Both the position numbers and the translations under genes were made by a program. The notes beneath the pieces are model-generated. The model searched no databases and was not told the origin of the DNA. It was given only the letters and a program-made list of their open reading frames with translations. A DNA stretch of 64,000 nucleotides from Naegleria gruberi (Eukaryota): the NCBI GenBank assembly GCA_000004985.1, contig GG738872.1; one strand, given 5' to 3'. Shown here piece by piece: positions 54,341 through 64,000 of this stretch (its first letter is position 1; each line of letters begins with the position of its first letter).

Positions 54341-55810
54341 TTACCACTCTAAATCTTCGCTGTCATCAATTTCCTCTTCTTCACTTTCTTCTTCATCATC
54401 ATTTTCCTCTTCTGATGACGAAGGTTCACTGCTCTTTGAGATAGTGATTTGTTCCTTAAACTTGGACTTTACTTTCTGAATGGATTTTCTAGAGCACGAA
54501 CTATTGACCAGTATAAGCTCCATAATCTTGTTGATACCATTTTCCAGAATATACTCAATGCCCTGTTCGCTCACGTTATTGGAGCCAAGATTTAGAAATT
54601 TCAAAGTACTTCTCAGGTTAACACTTTCGAGAATGGAGATGAGACCCTCATCTGAAATACTATTACCGTACAGACTTAAATGTTCCAATTTAGTGAGGGT
54701 TTTTGAATTTGAAATATAGCAACATCCAACAGTAGATATTCCAGACATGTCCAAGCTCAGATTTGTTAAATTTGCAAGATTACAGTTGGCAATTTCCAAA
54801 CATCCCTCGTCTCCAATAGTTGAAGATATTTTCAGAGTGTGAAGATTGGGATGAATTGCACCTTGAAAGTATTGAGAGCATATTTCCTCTGAAAATGATT
54901 TAACCCAACCCAAATTCAAATATGAAAGAGTTTTGATTTTTTGAATCATTATCAAGCTTTCGCCAGAGATAGCTTGATTTTTAAGTTTTAGTTTCTCTAG
55001 CTGATGAAATTTGGCAAAATCTAATATACAGTCATCAATTCTGTTATAACTAAGATCCAAAGATTTCAAATTGAACATTACATTTCTCTTAATGGGTTGA
55101 AAATGTCTTATCAAGTTTTGGGAGAGATTGAGTGTTTCTATTGATATACCCTTTGTTATCAAAAAATCGAATAAATATTTCATTGCACCTTCACTAATTA
55201 AATTAATCGACAGATCCAGTTCCACCAATGAAATTTCAGAAGGAATGTTATAACACAACAACTGACACAATGAGTTATCCAAATTACACGAAGAAAGTAC
55301 AAGTTTTTTCATGTTGGAAAATATTGTTGCATTTCTAATCCAGGGAAGTAATTTGAAATCTTTGGTGGATTGTTTTGTAATTACCAATGATTGAATATTA
55401 ATTTTAGTAGAATTGTACATGCTTGGATTTTTGTACGATTCGAAACTATATTCCATATCATTGTGTAAATTGTCCTCCTGCTTTTGTTTAGTCCCAAATT
55501 CAAGGAATTTATATTGCCAATTTTCCTCAATGGTAACATGAAGAGTTGTCCTGCAAGACTCCTCATAAAATTGTTTTGAAACCCGAATCATATTTTCCAT
55601 AATTACTTCCCAATCAAGAAATGATAATATAATTCCAATCATTTCATCGGGAAGAGAAAATGTTTCTTCATGATCAGAATCTTTAGTCTTTTTCTTCTTG
55701 TTTGGTGAAAATTTTACATCAACTAGAGATAATTCGGAATCCCTGATCATCATTCTAGAATCACAAAGATGATTTAAATCGTCCACCTCCTCCAGTAGTG
55801 ATCGTTTCAT
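54341..55810 (-). CDS. F-box plus leucine-rich-repeat (RNI-like) protein with an acidic C-terminal tail.
   Basis: F-box LPDEMIGIILSFLDWEVIMENMIRVSKQFYEES. Multiple LRRs of RNI type (…LKSLDLSYNRIDDCILDFAKFHQLEKLKLKNQAISGESL…, …LTNLSLDMSGISTVGCCYISNSKTLTKLEHLSLYGNSISDEGL…). First ATG (MKRSLLEE…) at 55810; the track start 55834 is TTG. Confidence 0.55.
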   Translation of the reverse strand: MKRSLLEEVDDLNHLCDSRMMIRDSELSLVDVKFSPNKKKKTKDSDHEETFSLPDEMIGIILSFLDWEVIMENMIRVSKQFYEESCRTTLHVTIEENWQYKFLEFGTKQKQEDNLHNDMEYSFESYKNPSMYNSTKINIQSLVITKQSTKDFKLLPWIRNATIFSNMKKLVLSSCNLDNSLCQLLCYNIPSEISLVELDLSINLISEGAMKYLFDFLITKGISIETLNLSQNLIRHFQPIKRNVMFNLKSLDLSYNRIDDCILDFAKFHQLEKLKLKNQAISGESLIMIQKIKTLSYLNLGWVKSFSEEICSQYFQGAIHPNLHTLKISSTIGDEGCLEIANCNLANLTNLSLDMSGISTVGCCYISNSKTLTKLEHLSLYGNSISDEGLISILESVNLRSTLKFLNLGSNNVSEQGIEYILENGINKIMELILVNSSCSRKSIQKVKSKFKEQITISKSSEPSSSEEENDDEEESEEEEIDDSEDLEW

Positions 55811-55963
55811 TTTTTTTAAAATTTTAAATTCCAAAAATTAAGGGATTTAGAATTGGTTTTTGCGCCAGAGCTTAATATGTTAAAATTTATGGAGAGCTTG
55901 ACTAACTCATGTGGAATATATGGTATCTAACTCTAGTTACATCATACAATCTTTCGAATTTAT

Positions 55964-56851
55964 TTAATCGTCTGCTGAATATTCAAAGAAGATACATTTT
56001 CCACTATTGGTAATAAACACCACAGCCAATGAGCCAATAACGCCAACATAACACTCCTTATATTCAGCAACAATTGGACATTCTTTCTTAATGAAAGCAA
56101 GCAATTCTTCTAATTTGGAGATTTCTTCGAGGCACTCCTCTCCTCCAATCACTTTTTTCAAAAAGTCAAACAAGTTGTTGTCAAATTCCTGCTTGACATC
56201 CTCAAATGTTCTGTCCAAATAAATTTGTGGATAGAATGAATCTCTTTCACAATTTGTAAAATACTCAAATTTGTCCTTAATATTACTCTCCAAGGAAATA
56301 CTCTGGTATTGGTAATAGTAATTGTTTTGAGGAATTGAACTGGCCACAACGCCAATGATTTTCTTCATCAAATCTGAAAATAATTCTCCAATTTTCTCAT
56401 CATGTTTGATCATTCTTTTCAAAAAGTGAATTCCAAACACACTGGCATTGAAATTAAAATCGAATGTTCTTGCACATCCACCACTGCCATAATTGAGACC
56501 ATTCATTCCATGATATGTAACAGTTTTGTAACCGTTAGAAAATTCTTGTGGAATGATATTTTGAGCAAAAAATCTTCTCATGTCAATCTTCTCGGTCAAT
56601 TGATAGAGAAGGGAGTGCTTTTCAGCAAGTACTTTCCACAATCTCAAGTTTGTACTTGGAGTTGCTTCAATTTGCCAATTTAACATCTGGTACCATTCTT
56701 TGCAAACCAAGGAACAGTTTACCAAAGTTTCGAATTGCCATGGCTCGTTTAAACCATCAAACAGATTTATAAAAATTTCAATCCACAATTCTGGGAGGAT
56801 TAGTTTCATTTTTTTAACTTTATCTTTGCTAACTTTTTTAGCACGAATCAT
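55964..56851 (-). CDS. F-box-like protein (unique C-terminal domain).
   Basis: …LILPELWIEIFINLFDGLNEPWQFETLVNCSLVCKEWYQMLN… matches the F-box consensus well (LP.E.W..IF..L……LV.CSLVCK.W). First ATGs at about 56851 or 56809; the track start is TTG. Confidence 0.4.
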   Translation of the reverse strand: MIRAKKVSKDKVKKMKLILPELWIEIFINLFDGLNEPWQFETLVNCSLVCKEWYQMLNWQIEATPSTNLRLWKVLAEKHSLLYQLTEKIDMRRFFAQNIIPQEFSNGYKTVTYHGMNGLNYGSGGCARTFDFNFNASVFGIHFLKRMIKHDEKIGELFSDLMKKIIGVVASSIPQNNYYYQYQSISLESNIKDKFEYFTNCERDSFYPQIYLDRTFEDVKQEFDNNLFDFLKKVIGGEECLEEISKLEELLAFIKKECPIVAEYKECYVGVIGSLAVVFITNSGKCIFFEYSADD

Positions 56852-57090
56852 TGCTATGTTAAATACTTTTGTCCAAGTCCCAATTAGAACTTTTACAATG
56901 GTTTCTGTAGCTCCCAATAAACTTTCTAAGAATAAAATGTAACCTTGTATTAAACTGGGCAATGTCAAACCTAATTAAGTGTCTTAAACTTGTATACCCA
57001 GGTCAGCACTCTTTTACAATTGAAATTCATCGCTCAACTCCACTTGTTTAGATTTGGAGATGGATCATGGACCACCTCTTCTGAATTGAA

Positions 57091-57160
57091 CAAGAAATAT
57101 TCTGCAGAGAAGTGAGCTTGAATTGATATGAGTTGGTTTTGGATTTAATATTTTAAATCC
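57091..57160. repeat. Right arm of the inverted-repeat pair; 33-bp perfect core at 57091..57123.
   Basis: caagaaatattctgcagagaagtgagcttgaat is the reverse complement of 50376..50408. The outer about 35 bp is imperfectly similar to 50352..50375. Confidence 0.6.
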
Positions 57161-57840
57161 AAAACTATTTAAAGAAGCACCTTAAACATCAAGAAATACG
57201 ATAGAAGTTAGTTTTCAATAATTTTGCTATTATTCATCAAGCAACCCCTCTCAATCTCAATACCAAGTGAAGAGGTACATCTTTTTGAATAGTATAATCA
57301 TTGATTGTTCTACCGTCTTCCTTAGTGAAATTTATTTATGAACTCTATCTACAATTTTCTAAACTACTTGAAATAGAACGTCTTACAAGAGCTGTTCTAA
57401 TGTTTCAGGAATGAGAACAAAAAGTGCCTTTCGTAAGATTGAAACTTGTACCCATTAGAAACAAAAGGAGTACAATTTCCAATACAGTGTTTGCTGTAGT
57501 TCTTTACAGTCCATATAAAGATCAAAAAGGAATAGATAGGAAAATTGAAAGAATCATTTAGTCCTACTTTCAACATTGGAAATTTATTCATTCCAATGGA
57601 TTCCACGCCATGGTGCTCAATCCAACCATTGAAGTTCTTTCATTCTGTTCTTGTTCAATTCTCCGCACTGAATAACAAAGACCAAATGTACAATGTCCAA
57701 AATCTGTGGCTACTCTTTTTTTGGAAAATCATTAATCTTCAATCATACCAAAAAAATCAATATACTAATCAAACTATTCTTTTCAAATCTTTAAAACTGG
57801 AACATTGTTTCACTTCTCAAACACAATCAAAAAACAAAAA

Positions 57841-58245
57841 ATGAAAAGATTCGTTTCAATCTTATTGATTGCATTGACTTTGGCAATTCTTGCACTTTCC
57901 TTCACTTCAGGAGTTTCTGCTGAAGAATCAGCTGCCTCAACACTTTCCTTGTATATTAGAAAGAATAATAACAAGAAGAGAAATCTCAAGAGATTCAGAC
58001 TCAAGAAGAGAAAGAACAATAGAAAGCTCAACAAGTACATTGACACCTATGGAAGAAAGAGAAGAGGATGGAAGAGATATGGAAAGAAGAGAATTATCAG
58101 AAAGAAGATTGATGTTTATGGAAAGAAGAGAAGATTTAACAAGAAGAGAAGAATCGACACCTACAGAAAGAAGAATAGAAAGAATAGAAAGAACAGAAGA
58201 GGTGGAAAGAAGAATAAGAAAGTTGACCTTTACAAGCGTAAATAA
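57841..58245 (+). CDS. Small secreted, extremely basic tandem-repeat protein (signal peptide plus Lys/Arg-rich repeats). Candidate antimicrobial/histone-like or nucleic-acid-binding secreted peptide.
   Basis: ATG at 57841. Signal peptide MKRFVSILLIALTLAILALSFTSGVSA. Mature part is over 50% K/R with recurring units (I/V)D(T/V)Y(G/R)(K/R)KRR: KYIDTYGRKRRGWKRYGKKR / KIDVYGKKRRFNKKRR / IDTYRKKNRKNRKNRRGGKKNKK / VDLYKRK. Ends TAA at 58243-45. Confidence 0.5.
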   Translation: MKRFVSILLIALTLAILALSFTSGVSAEESAASTLSLYIRKNNNKKRNLKRFRLKKRKNNRKLNKYIDTYGRKRRGWKRYGKKRIIRKKIDVYGKKRRFNKKRRIDTYRKKNRKNRKNRRGGKKNKKVDLYKRK

Positions 58246-58452
58246 TTGAAAGATTGAATCAATTATTCCTTAAAGCACAAATTTTGAATCAATTTTGCTC
58301 TTAAATATAAAATATAACTTGTGAGTCTCTCGACCGAATTCAATCTTTTTTTCCTTCATCATTTCATGAGCTCATTCAAATCTTGTGGCAACTTGGAAAA
58401 CTGTTTTTCACTTCTTTTTAAAAAAAGCACTTCAAATAAAACTTCGAAAAAA

Positions 58453-59929
58453 ATGTCTGATCATCAAACACCTAGCGTTTCACCAGCAACAACAACATCG
58501 GGGGAAATTGTTCATGAGCAACAACCAGCTGCTACTGTTGCTGCTGTAGAAAATACAACAACAATTCAAGAACCAACTTCAAGTGAAGTAAATTTAGTGT
58601 CAACATCGGAAACAAGTAATAGTGGGAATGATGATAAAAAGAGAAAGAATCCACCTTCCGAATCATCAAATGACAAGAAGAAGAGAAAGGAAAATTATAA
58701 GAAGGGAGGTAAAGGAACAGCTTCTGCCAAGAGAGATAATGATTGGGGTCCAAGAGAACCTAAAGAAAAAAAGGAAGGAGAAGAAAAATTCCAAAAAAGA
58801 AGAGTTGCAATTTTCATTGGGTATTTGGGAACAAATTATAATGGTTCACAAACTTCGTATGTGTTTAAAATTATTATATCTAATATTGAAATTATTTAGA
58901 AATTTTACCAATCCTAATGTCAAGACTGTAGAAGAAACTGTGTTTAAAGCTCTTTGTCAAGCAGGAGGTGTTTCTGGTGACAATAGTACTGACATGAATA
59001 AGGTTCATTTTCACAGAAGTTCAAGAACTGACAAGGGTGTTCATGCTGCCTCAAATGTTTTGGAAATGAAACTTTTAATGAAACCAGGATTGGAAGAAGA
59101 AATGAGAAAACTTTTACCTGAGGATATTGTTTTTTATGGATACAAAAAGGTATCTAAATCATTCAATGCTAAGGAACATTGTACAGCTCGTACCTATGAA
59201 TATTTATTACCTGCTTTTGCATTATCACCAGATCCAAAAGCAGCAACATGGTTTGGACAAATTAATATTGACAAGATTACCAAGGAGGATGTGGAAAGTG
59301 AAAATTTGAATGATATTTACAATTATGATCCAACAGATGAACAAATTGAAAAGGCTAATCGTGTTTTGAAAAACTTTGTTGGAACCAATAGTTTCCATAA
59401 TTATACTCAACTCACAAAAGCCAAGCCAAACTCTTTCAATAGACACATTACCAAGTTTGAATGTTCTAAAGCTTTTGAAATTGATGGAATGAAAGTTGTC
59501 AAGCTCACTGTCACTGGTTCTTCATTCATTTATAACCAAATCAGAAAAATGGTTGGTTTCATGATTGCTGTCATGCGTGGTTCCCTCAATGAAAGTGATT
59601 TCAGTACCTCTGTTGATAAGGAAGTTACTGCCAACGTTCCACTTGCTCCAGCCAATGGATTATTATTATGTGAACAAGAATTCAAGAGATATAATGCTAA
59701 ACAAGGAGCCAAAGTTAATGGTCACGTCACTCCTTCCGATTATTACAAGGAGATGGAAGAATTCAAGAAGAGAATCTATTCCCACATGTTGAAACTTGAA
59801 AAGGAAGAAGGTATCATTGCTAAATTCCTTTTACATTCTAGGGGGTGGAGATTATCGAAGGGATCTAAAGGAGAACCAATTAACAATGTCGAGGAACCAG
59901 TATTAGAATCAATCGAAGAAGATGAATAA
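58453..59929 (+). CDS. PUS1: tRNA pseudouridine synthase, PUS1/TruA family. Two exons: 58453..58856 and 58900..59929; 43-nt intron.
   Basis: Ser/Thr/Lys-rich N-terminus, then RVAIFIGYLGTNYNGSQ… and the catalytic-Asp motif RTDKGVHA, …ARTYEYLLP…, …NSFHNYT…, …GSSFIYNQIRKMVG… Junction ACTTC|gtatgt…atttag|A in phase 2 (gives …GSQTS-NFTNPNVKTVEE…). Confidence 0.8.
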
Positions 59930-60009
59930 ATAGCTTAGGTTTATTGAATGATTGATAATTAAAACAATCATTAATAATATTTAGAAAACTATACACCTCG
60001 GAAGTAAAA

Positions 60010-60468
60010 TTACCATTCAATTTGGAAAGTAGTAACTCTTGGCTTGTCGTTCAAAGTTCTAACCAACTTTTCAACAATTGGCTTCGATGGAGGAGCTTCT
60101 TGGAGTTCCTTATCAGTATATTGGTTAGAAACAAAGTAACCAACTTGAGAGAACAATTGATTATTGTAGGAAACCTTCAACAAGAGGACAGTACAATCCA
60201 ACAAGTCGGAAGCAGAAATCTTTTCAACATTTGGAGCAGGAGCAGTGACAACAAACTTGTTTGTACCAACCTTGACTGGACCAACGGAAACAGATTCCAA
60301 AACTTGATCTTCATCGGCAGAAGCACTGCTACCAACATAGACAAGTTCCAAATCCAAATCAGATGAGATTTCTTCCATACATTCGAGGGTAACATCTAAT
60401 TCAATATTATCGGTAAATTTGGTTGGGTTGTTCTTAACTTCAACGTTGGTGAGTTTAACCTTGGTCAT
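60010..60468 (-). CDS. ASF1: Histone chaperone ASF1 (anti-silencing function 1) core domain.
   Basis: 152-aa ORF with ATG at 60468. MTKVKLTNVEVKNNPTKFTDNIELDVTLECMEEISSDLDLELVYVGSSASADEDQVLESVSVGPVKVGTNKFVVTAPAPN…LLDCTVLLLKVSYNNQLFSQVGYFVSNQYTDKEL…KPRVTTFQIEW aligns along its whole length with ASF1 (…VLNNPAKFTDPYEFEITFECLE…LEWKLTYVGSS…VGPVPVGVNKFVF…VGYYVNNEY…KPRVTRFNI.W). Confidence 0.85.
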   Translation of the reverse strand: MTKVKLTNVEVKNNPTKFTDNIELDVTLECMEEISSDLDLELVYVGSSASADEDQVLESVSVGPVKVGTNKFVVTAPAPNVEKISASDLLDCTVLLLKVSYNNQLFSQVGYFVSNQYTDKELQEAPPSKPIVEKLVRTLNDKPRVTTFQIEW

Positions 60469-60817
60469 TTTAATCTAGAGTTGTTGTGTGTATTTTTTTT
60501 AGAGAGTGGTTTGATTAAAATCCAATTTATTTAAATTTTTTAAAAAGAAAACAACCGTTAAAGAAAATTGGAGGGAATTTTTATTTGTGGCGCCAACCTG
60601 ATTCCGTTACAACACAGGTTCCGAAATTATTTGACAACAACGTAAACTCTTGTAATTTCATTGATTGAATCAATAACTCTTCCTAATATTAATCCAAACA
60701 ATAAATTTCCAAGTTATAATTGCAAATACGATAACAATTTGCTTCTCCAATTACATTGTAATTTGGCGCCATTTTATTTTTGTAGTTTGAATATTTTGCA
60801 CCAACAAACACAAAGAA

Positions 60818-63800
60818 ATGCCTTATTCACCCCGTTCTGATTCAATAACACATACAAAATCAATGCCGTCTCTCAGTCAGCCCTACGAATATCAACATCA
60901 CGGAACTGATTATGATGCTGCCATGAATGTTGTAGATGATTACGAGTATCACCCTTCTGAAGATTATGAAGCTGTTGTTAGAAAAACAAAGAAATCTTCA
61001 TCATCATCGAGGAGAGAATTTCAAAATTATGATGGCTCTTATTCACCAGCATTGTCATATTCTTCAGTGAGCAGTGGACGTTCTTCAAATAGTGGAAGGA
61101 GGAAAGATGTTCTGGAAGAATTATCGGAAGAAGATATGAGAAGGAAAATGTATAAAAAGTATAAGGATAAGGGTGTGATTGGACTTTTAAAAACTCAATT
61201 GAGAAGCGTAATTTATGATGACTTGACAAAGAGAGCACCAGCTAAGGAACCAAATATTTCAGTTTTTGGATCTCGATCGGAAATTCAAAGAGCATGTGTA
61301 AGTAATTATGTCACAAACTCATACCCACAAACTTTCAGGATGGAATTGTTTTGGATCACCTGAAAAAAAATGGTTATTCATTCACCACGAGTATCTTTAC
61401 TTCCGAAGCCAACATTAAAGAAGTACCCAAGAATTCAGAATATGATGTTTATCATTTAATTGGACTTAAAATGTATAATTTGGATGTTGTCAAAGATACA
61501 GACTCTCATGAATTGTTGGACTATGATCCAAATAATCAACTTACTAAACTTTTATCAGAAATGTACTACAGCACAAACTGGAAAGGAGAGAGTATTCTGA
61601 CGAAATTCTTGTCAGTCATAAAAAAGCTAGGCGATAAGCAAACTCGAGTTGGGATGTGTCAAACAGATCCACTCACAGAGGACCAACCTGTAGATAGTAA
61701 ATTAAAAATGATTGATGAAGAATTTATAACTCAATTGGAAAATGAAAAGAAAACCCAGACTCAATCCTTGGAACAGAAATATCTCGAATATCAAAGAGAA
61801 TGTGAAAAAAGAGCCAATGAAGAACTCAAGTCTAGACTGAAAATGTTTGAAGAGACAACAATTAGTGCTATGAGATTGGAAGAAAGTGCCAAATACAGAG
61901 AAAGAATAGCTAGAGAAATAGAAGAAATGGAAAAATCCCACATGAGAAAAATGGAACGTCTCATGGAGAGGGAAAGAGAAATTTCAGCTCGACTCGAAAA
62001 GAAAGAAAAGGATTTGGAAAAGCAATCATTCGAGCACAGACAGAAAATGTACAAAGAAATTGAAGATCTTCAACGTAGAAATCAAGGTCTTGCAAGAGAA
62101 AAAAACAATTTGGAGATGAGAAAAACAGAGTTGGAAGAAAAGGCAAGACGATTGGACGTATTGGCTGCTCAAACAACTGTTGATGTCAAATCTGAAATGT
62201 CTTTAATGAGAGCAAACTTGGAGAGAGAAAACATTGCAAATATGAGAAGAATTGAAGAGGAAAGGAGAAAGTTGGAATTGGAAAAGGAACAAGTTGCAGA
62301 ACAATTAAAAAAACATAGTGCGGCCATTCACCTGGAAGAAACAATTAAACAATATCAGGGCTCTCTTGACATTGTAAAGAGCGAGTTGAATGAATCTAGA
62401 AAGAGAATTAGAGACTTGGAAGAAATGAATGATCAGCTAAGAATGCAGCTAGGTATGATAAAGGAGCAAGCTGAACAACAAACAAATACTTCCAATGAAA
62501 AGCCAGCCACACCTGCCATTATTCACATTCCATCAATTGATCCTGTCAGAGAAAATTCCCTCAATAGAGAAATTGAAAATCTTAAATTGCAATTAAGAGA
62601 TAAGGAACGTGAGTTCTCCAACTTACAAGACAGAATTCTTGTCTATGAAAGAAATGAGAGAGCTCTACGATCGAACGTTGAAGACAATGAAAGAGAAAAG
62701 AAGAGACTCATGGATGAATGTAGGAAGGAACTCATAGAAGAAAAACAAAAAGCCAAAAAGGCTCTCCTACATTGGCAATCAGCAGAAAGGGCTTCCATGA
62801 GTGAAAAATTACAAAAAGATCGAGTACGATCAGAGAGAATGCAAAGAGATTTAGAGGAACAATATCTTCAGAATAGAACGCTTCAACATGAAATTGATCG
62901 TTTGAGGAATTTATTGGAATTACCAAGGGTGTCTGGAGGAGAACTGAAAAAGACAAGTTTTTCTGATATTGGATCTAAGGGATCAATGCCAGAAATTTCA
63001 TATCCATCCTCTTTGAGGGATGATAATCTTTATGCTAAACTCTCCGATTATCCTGAGATTTCTATTCATGAAAAATTGAATGAAATAGACAAGTTGGGGT
63101 ATTCGTTCAGCAAAGATTTTGGAGATTTGAAAGAAAGCAAACAGCCATCTCCTTCTTTGGGACAACCTACAAAGGAAAAAACAAATGACTTTTTCGAGAG
63201 TTTAGGGCTTGGATCATTTTCAAATAATTACATGATGGAAGATATTAAACCATCATCTTACTATGGTTTACCTAATCCTGAACGTCAAACAACATCCACC
63301 AACAACAACTACTCGAGTAGTATTAATTCTTTCAACACCAGAGGAGATGATTATCAATCAACAACAAATCTACCTCCAATAAGCTCCTCTATCAGTGGAA
63401 TTCCATCAACTAAATCCCCTACTTCTAGAAACTCACCTCCAAAGAAGACTCTTGACGAGCCATCGACTTTCACAACATCCTACAAACCAATTTCCCCTAA
63501 GAATTATCAATATGATACCAAACCTTCAACCACCTCCTCAATTGATTTCACACAACATCATCCAACTCAGCAAATTAAAGCACCACAACAACAGCAACCA
63601 GTTGAGGAGCAAACAACCAGATTTATTGGTTCTACCTCCCCTAGCATTACTTCAACAAACAATCCTCCTCCAACCATTGAAGTTTCCACTCCCTCCACAT
63701 TTTCCTCTTCCTCTGTGTTTGATATGAAGAATAACAATTATGAAACTGAGAGAATAGTAGAAAAGCAACCTGAACCAATTTATCAAAAGCCTCCATCCCC

Positions 63801-64000
63801 AAAGAAGACTATTATTGTTGAACAACCACCACAGCCAACAACAATTGTAGAACAACCAACAACTCAATTCGTGAGAGAAGTGGAAAAGAAGATTGAATCA
63901 CCTCCTCGCCAAACAACAATAATCAAGGAAGAGCCACCAGCAAGAATTGAGAATAACCCAATTCCCGAGCAAAAACCATCTAGCATTGAAGAGTATAAAC
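60818..64000 (+). CDS. OFD1: OFD1-like (oral-facial-digital syndrome 1) LisH-domain centriole/basal-body coiled-coil protein; 3' partial (open to the window end). Exon 1 60818..61297; 41-nt intron; exon 2 61339..>64000.
   Basis: N-terminus …EEDMRRKMYKKYKDKGVIGLLKTQLRSVIYDDLTK… (human OFD1 [35 protein letters not shown]) and LisH …DGIVLDHLKKNGYSFTTSIFTSEA… (human [24 protein letters not shown]). Then about 450 aa of coiled coil and a Ser/Thr/Pro/Gln-rich tail, with no stop before 64000. Junction GCATGT|gtaagt…ctttcag|GATGGA in phase 0. Not in the ORF track because it has no in-window stop. Confidence 0.6.

Larger units (their letters stand above)
50352..57160. mobile_element. About 6.8 kb segment bounded by terminal inverted repeats. 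Candidate non-autonomous TIR DNA element or inverted-repeat-flanked segmental unit carrying four F-box-like genes; no transposase is recognisable inside.
   Basis: IR arms 50352..50408 and 57091..57160 (33-bp perfect core plus about 25 bp imperfect). Similar short flanks tatttaag (50333-50340) and tatttaaag (57166-57174) could be a degenerate 8-9 bp target-site duplication. The left end lies about 150 bp downstream of a tRNA gene. The 50-N assembly gap lies inside. Confidence 0.3.

Noticed and set aside
1-64000. Prokaryotic-style features (operons, RBS, CRISPR arrays, defence islands, rRNA)
   Set aside because: GT-AG introns, signal peptides, eukaryote-specific proteins (WAPL, ASF1, OFD1, VPS35L, ARIH1) and a eukaryotic-type tRNA-Gln show this is nuclear eukaryotic DNA. 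No direct-repeat/spacer arrays were seen.

Overview
This window is eukaryotic nuclear DNA, not prokaryotic. It is AT-rich (coding roughly 33-36% GC, introns and intergenic regions much lower), uses the standard genetic code (TAA/TAG/TGA all end conserved proteins), and is gene-dense, with a gene about every 1.5-2 kb on both strands. Genes have few introns; those present are short GT-AG introns of about 41-400 nt, mostly 41-130 nt, with gtaagt/gtatgt donors. Compact intergenic regions, poly-Q/poly-N tracts, a 50-N scaffold gap (51016-51065) and a canonical eukaryotic tRNA-Gln all fit a draft assembly of a protist or early-diverging eukaryote. A heterolobosean/amoeboflagellate-like organism is possible, because an OFD1 basal-body protein ortholog argues for a flagellated lineage, but the organism cannot be resolved from sequence alone.

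Note on the ORF track: it uses alternative start codons (TTG/GTG/CTG translated as M), so many listed starts are not real ATGs. I re-derived starts and splice junctions by eye; junction coordinates may be off by 1-2 nt.

Recognisable genes (family signatures read directly from translations):
- GH1 beta-glucosidase, secreted.
- DOPA-4,5-dioxygenase-like extradiol dioxygenase.
- TMF/ARA160-like golgin.
- NDUFS4 complex I subunit.
- Nudix hydrolase.
- TOG/HEAT microtubule-regulator-like protein.
- WAPL cohesin release factor.
- Ariadne (ARIH1) RBR E3 ligase with a 14-nt micro-exon.
- FAN1 VRR-NUC nuclease.
- VPS35L (retriever subunit).
- Ependymin-related secreted protein.
- CWC27/PPIL-like cyclophilin.
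- PAQR/hemolysin-III 7TM protein.
- PUS1/TruA tRNA pseudouridine synthase.
- ASF1 histone chaperone.
- OFD1-like LisH protein (partial, runs off the window end).
- A predicted catalytically dead pseudokinase (HRD to HTN).
- A YWTD-type beta-propeller membrane protein.

Most notable features:
- A multi-exon gene (20370-26179) encoding an N-terminal Ser/Thr kinase fused to a NACHT (STAND) NTPase and C-terminal HEAT/ARM repeats. This is an NLR-like tripartite architecture with a kinase effector.
- A ~6.8 kb segment (50352-57160) bounded by imperfect inverted repeats with a 33-bp perfect core. It sits ~150 bp downstream of the tRNA-Gln and carries a cluster of F-box-like genes (F-box+ankyrin, F-box+LRR and others), suggesting a TIR-flanked mobile or segmentally duplicated unit.
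- A small secreted, extremely basic tandem-repeat protein (57841-58245).

No CRISPR arrays, rRNA or prokaryotic operon features are present.
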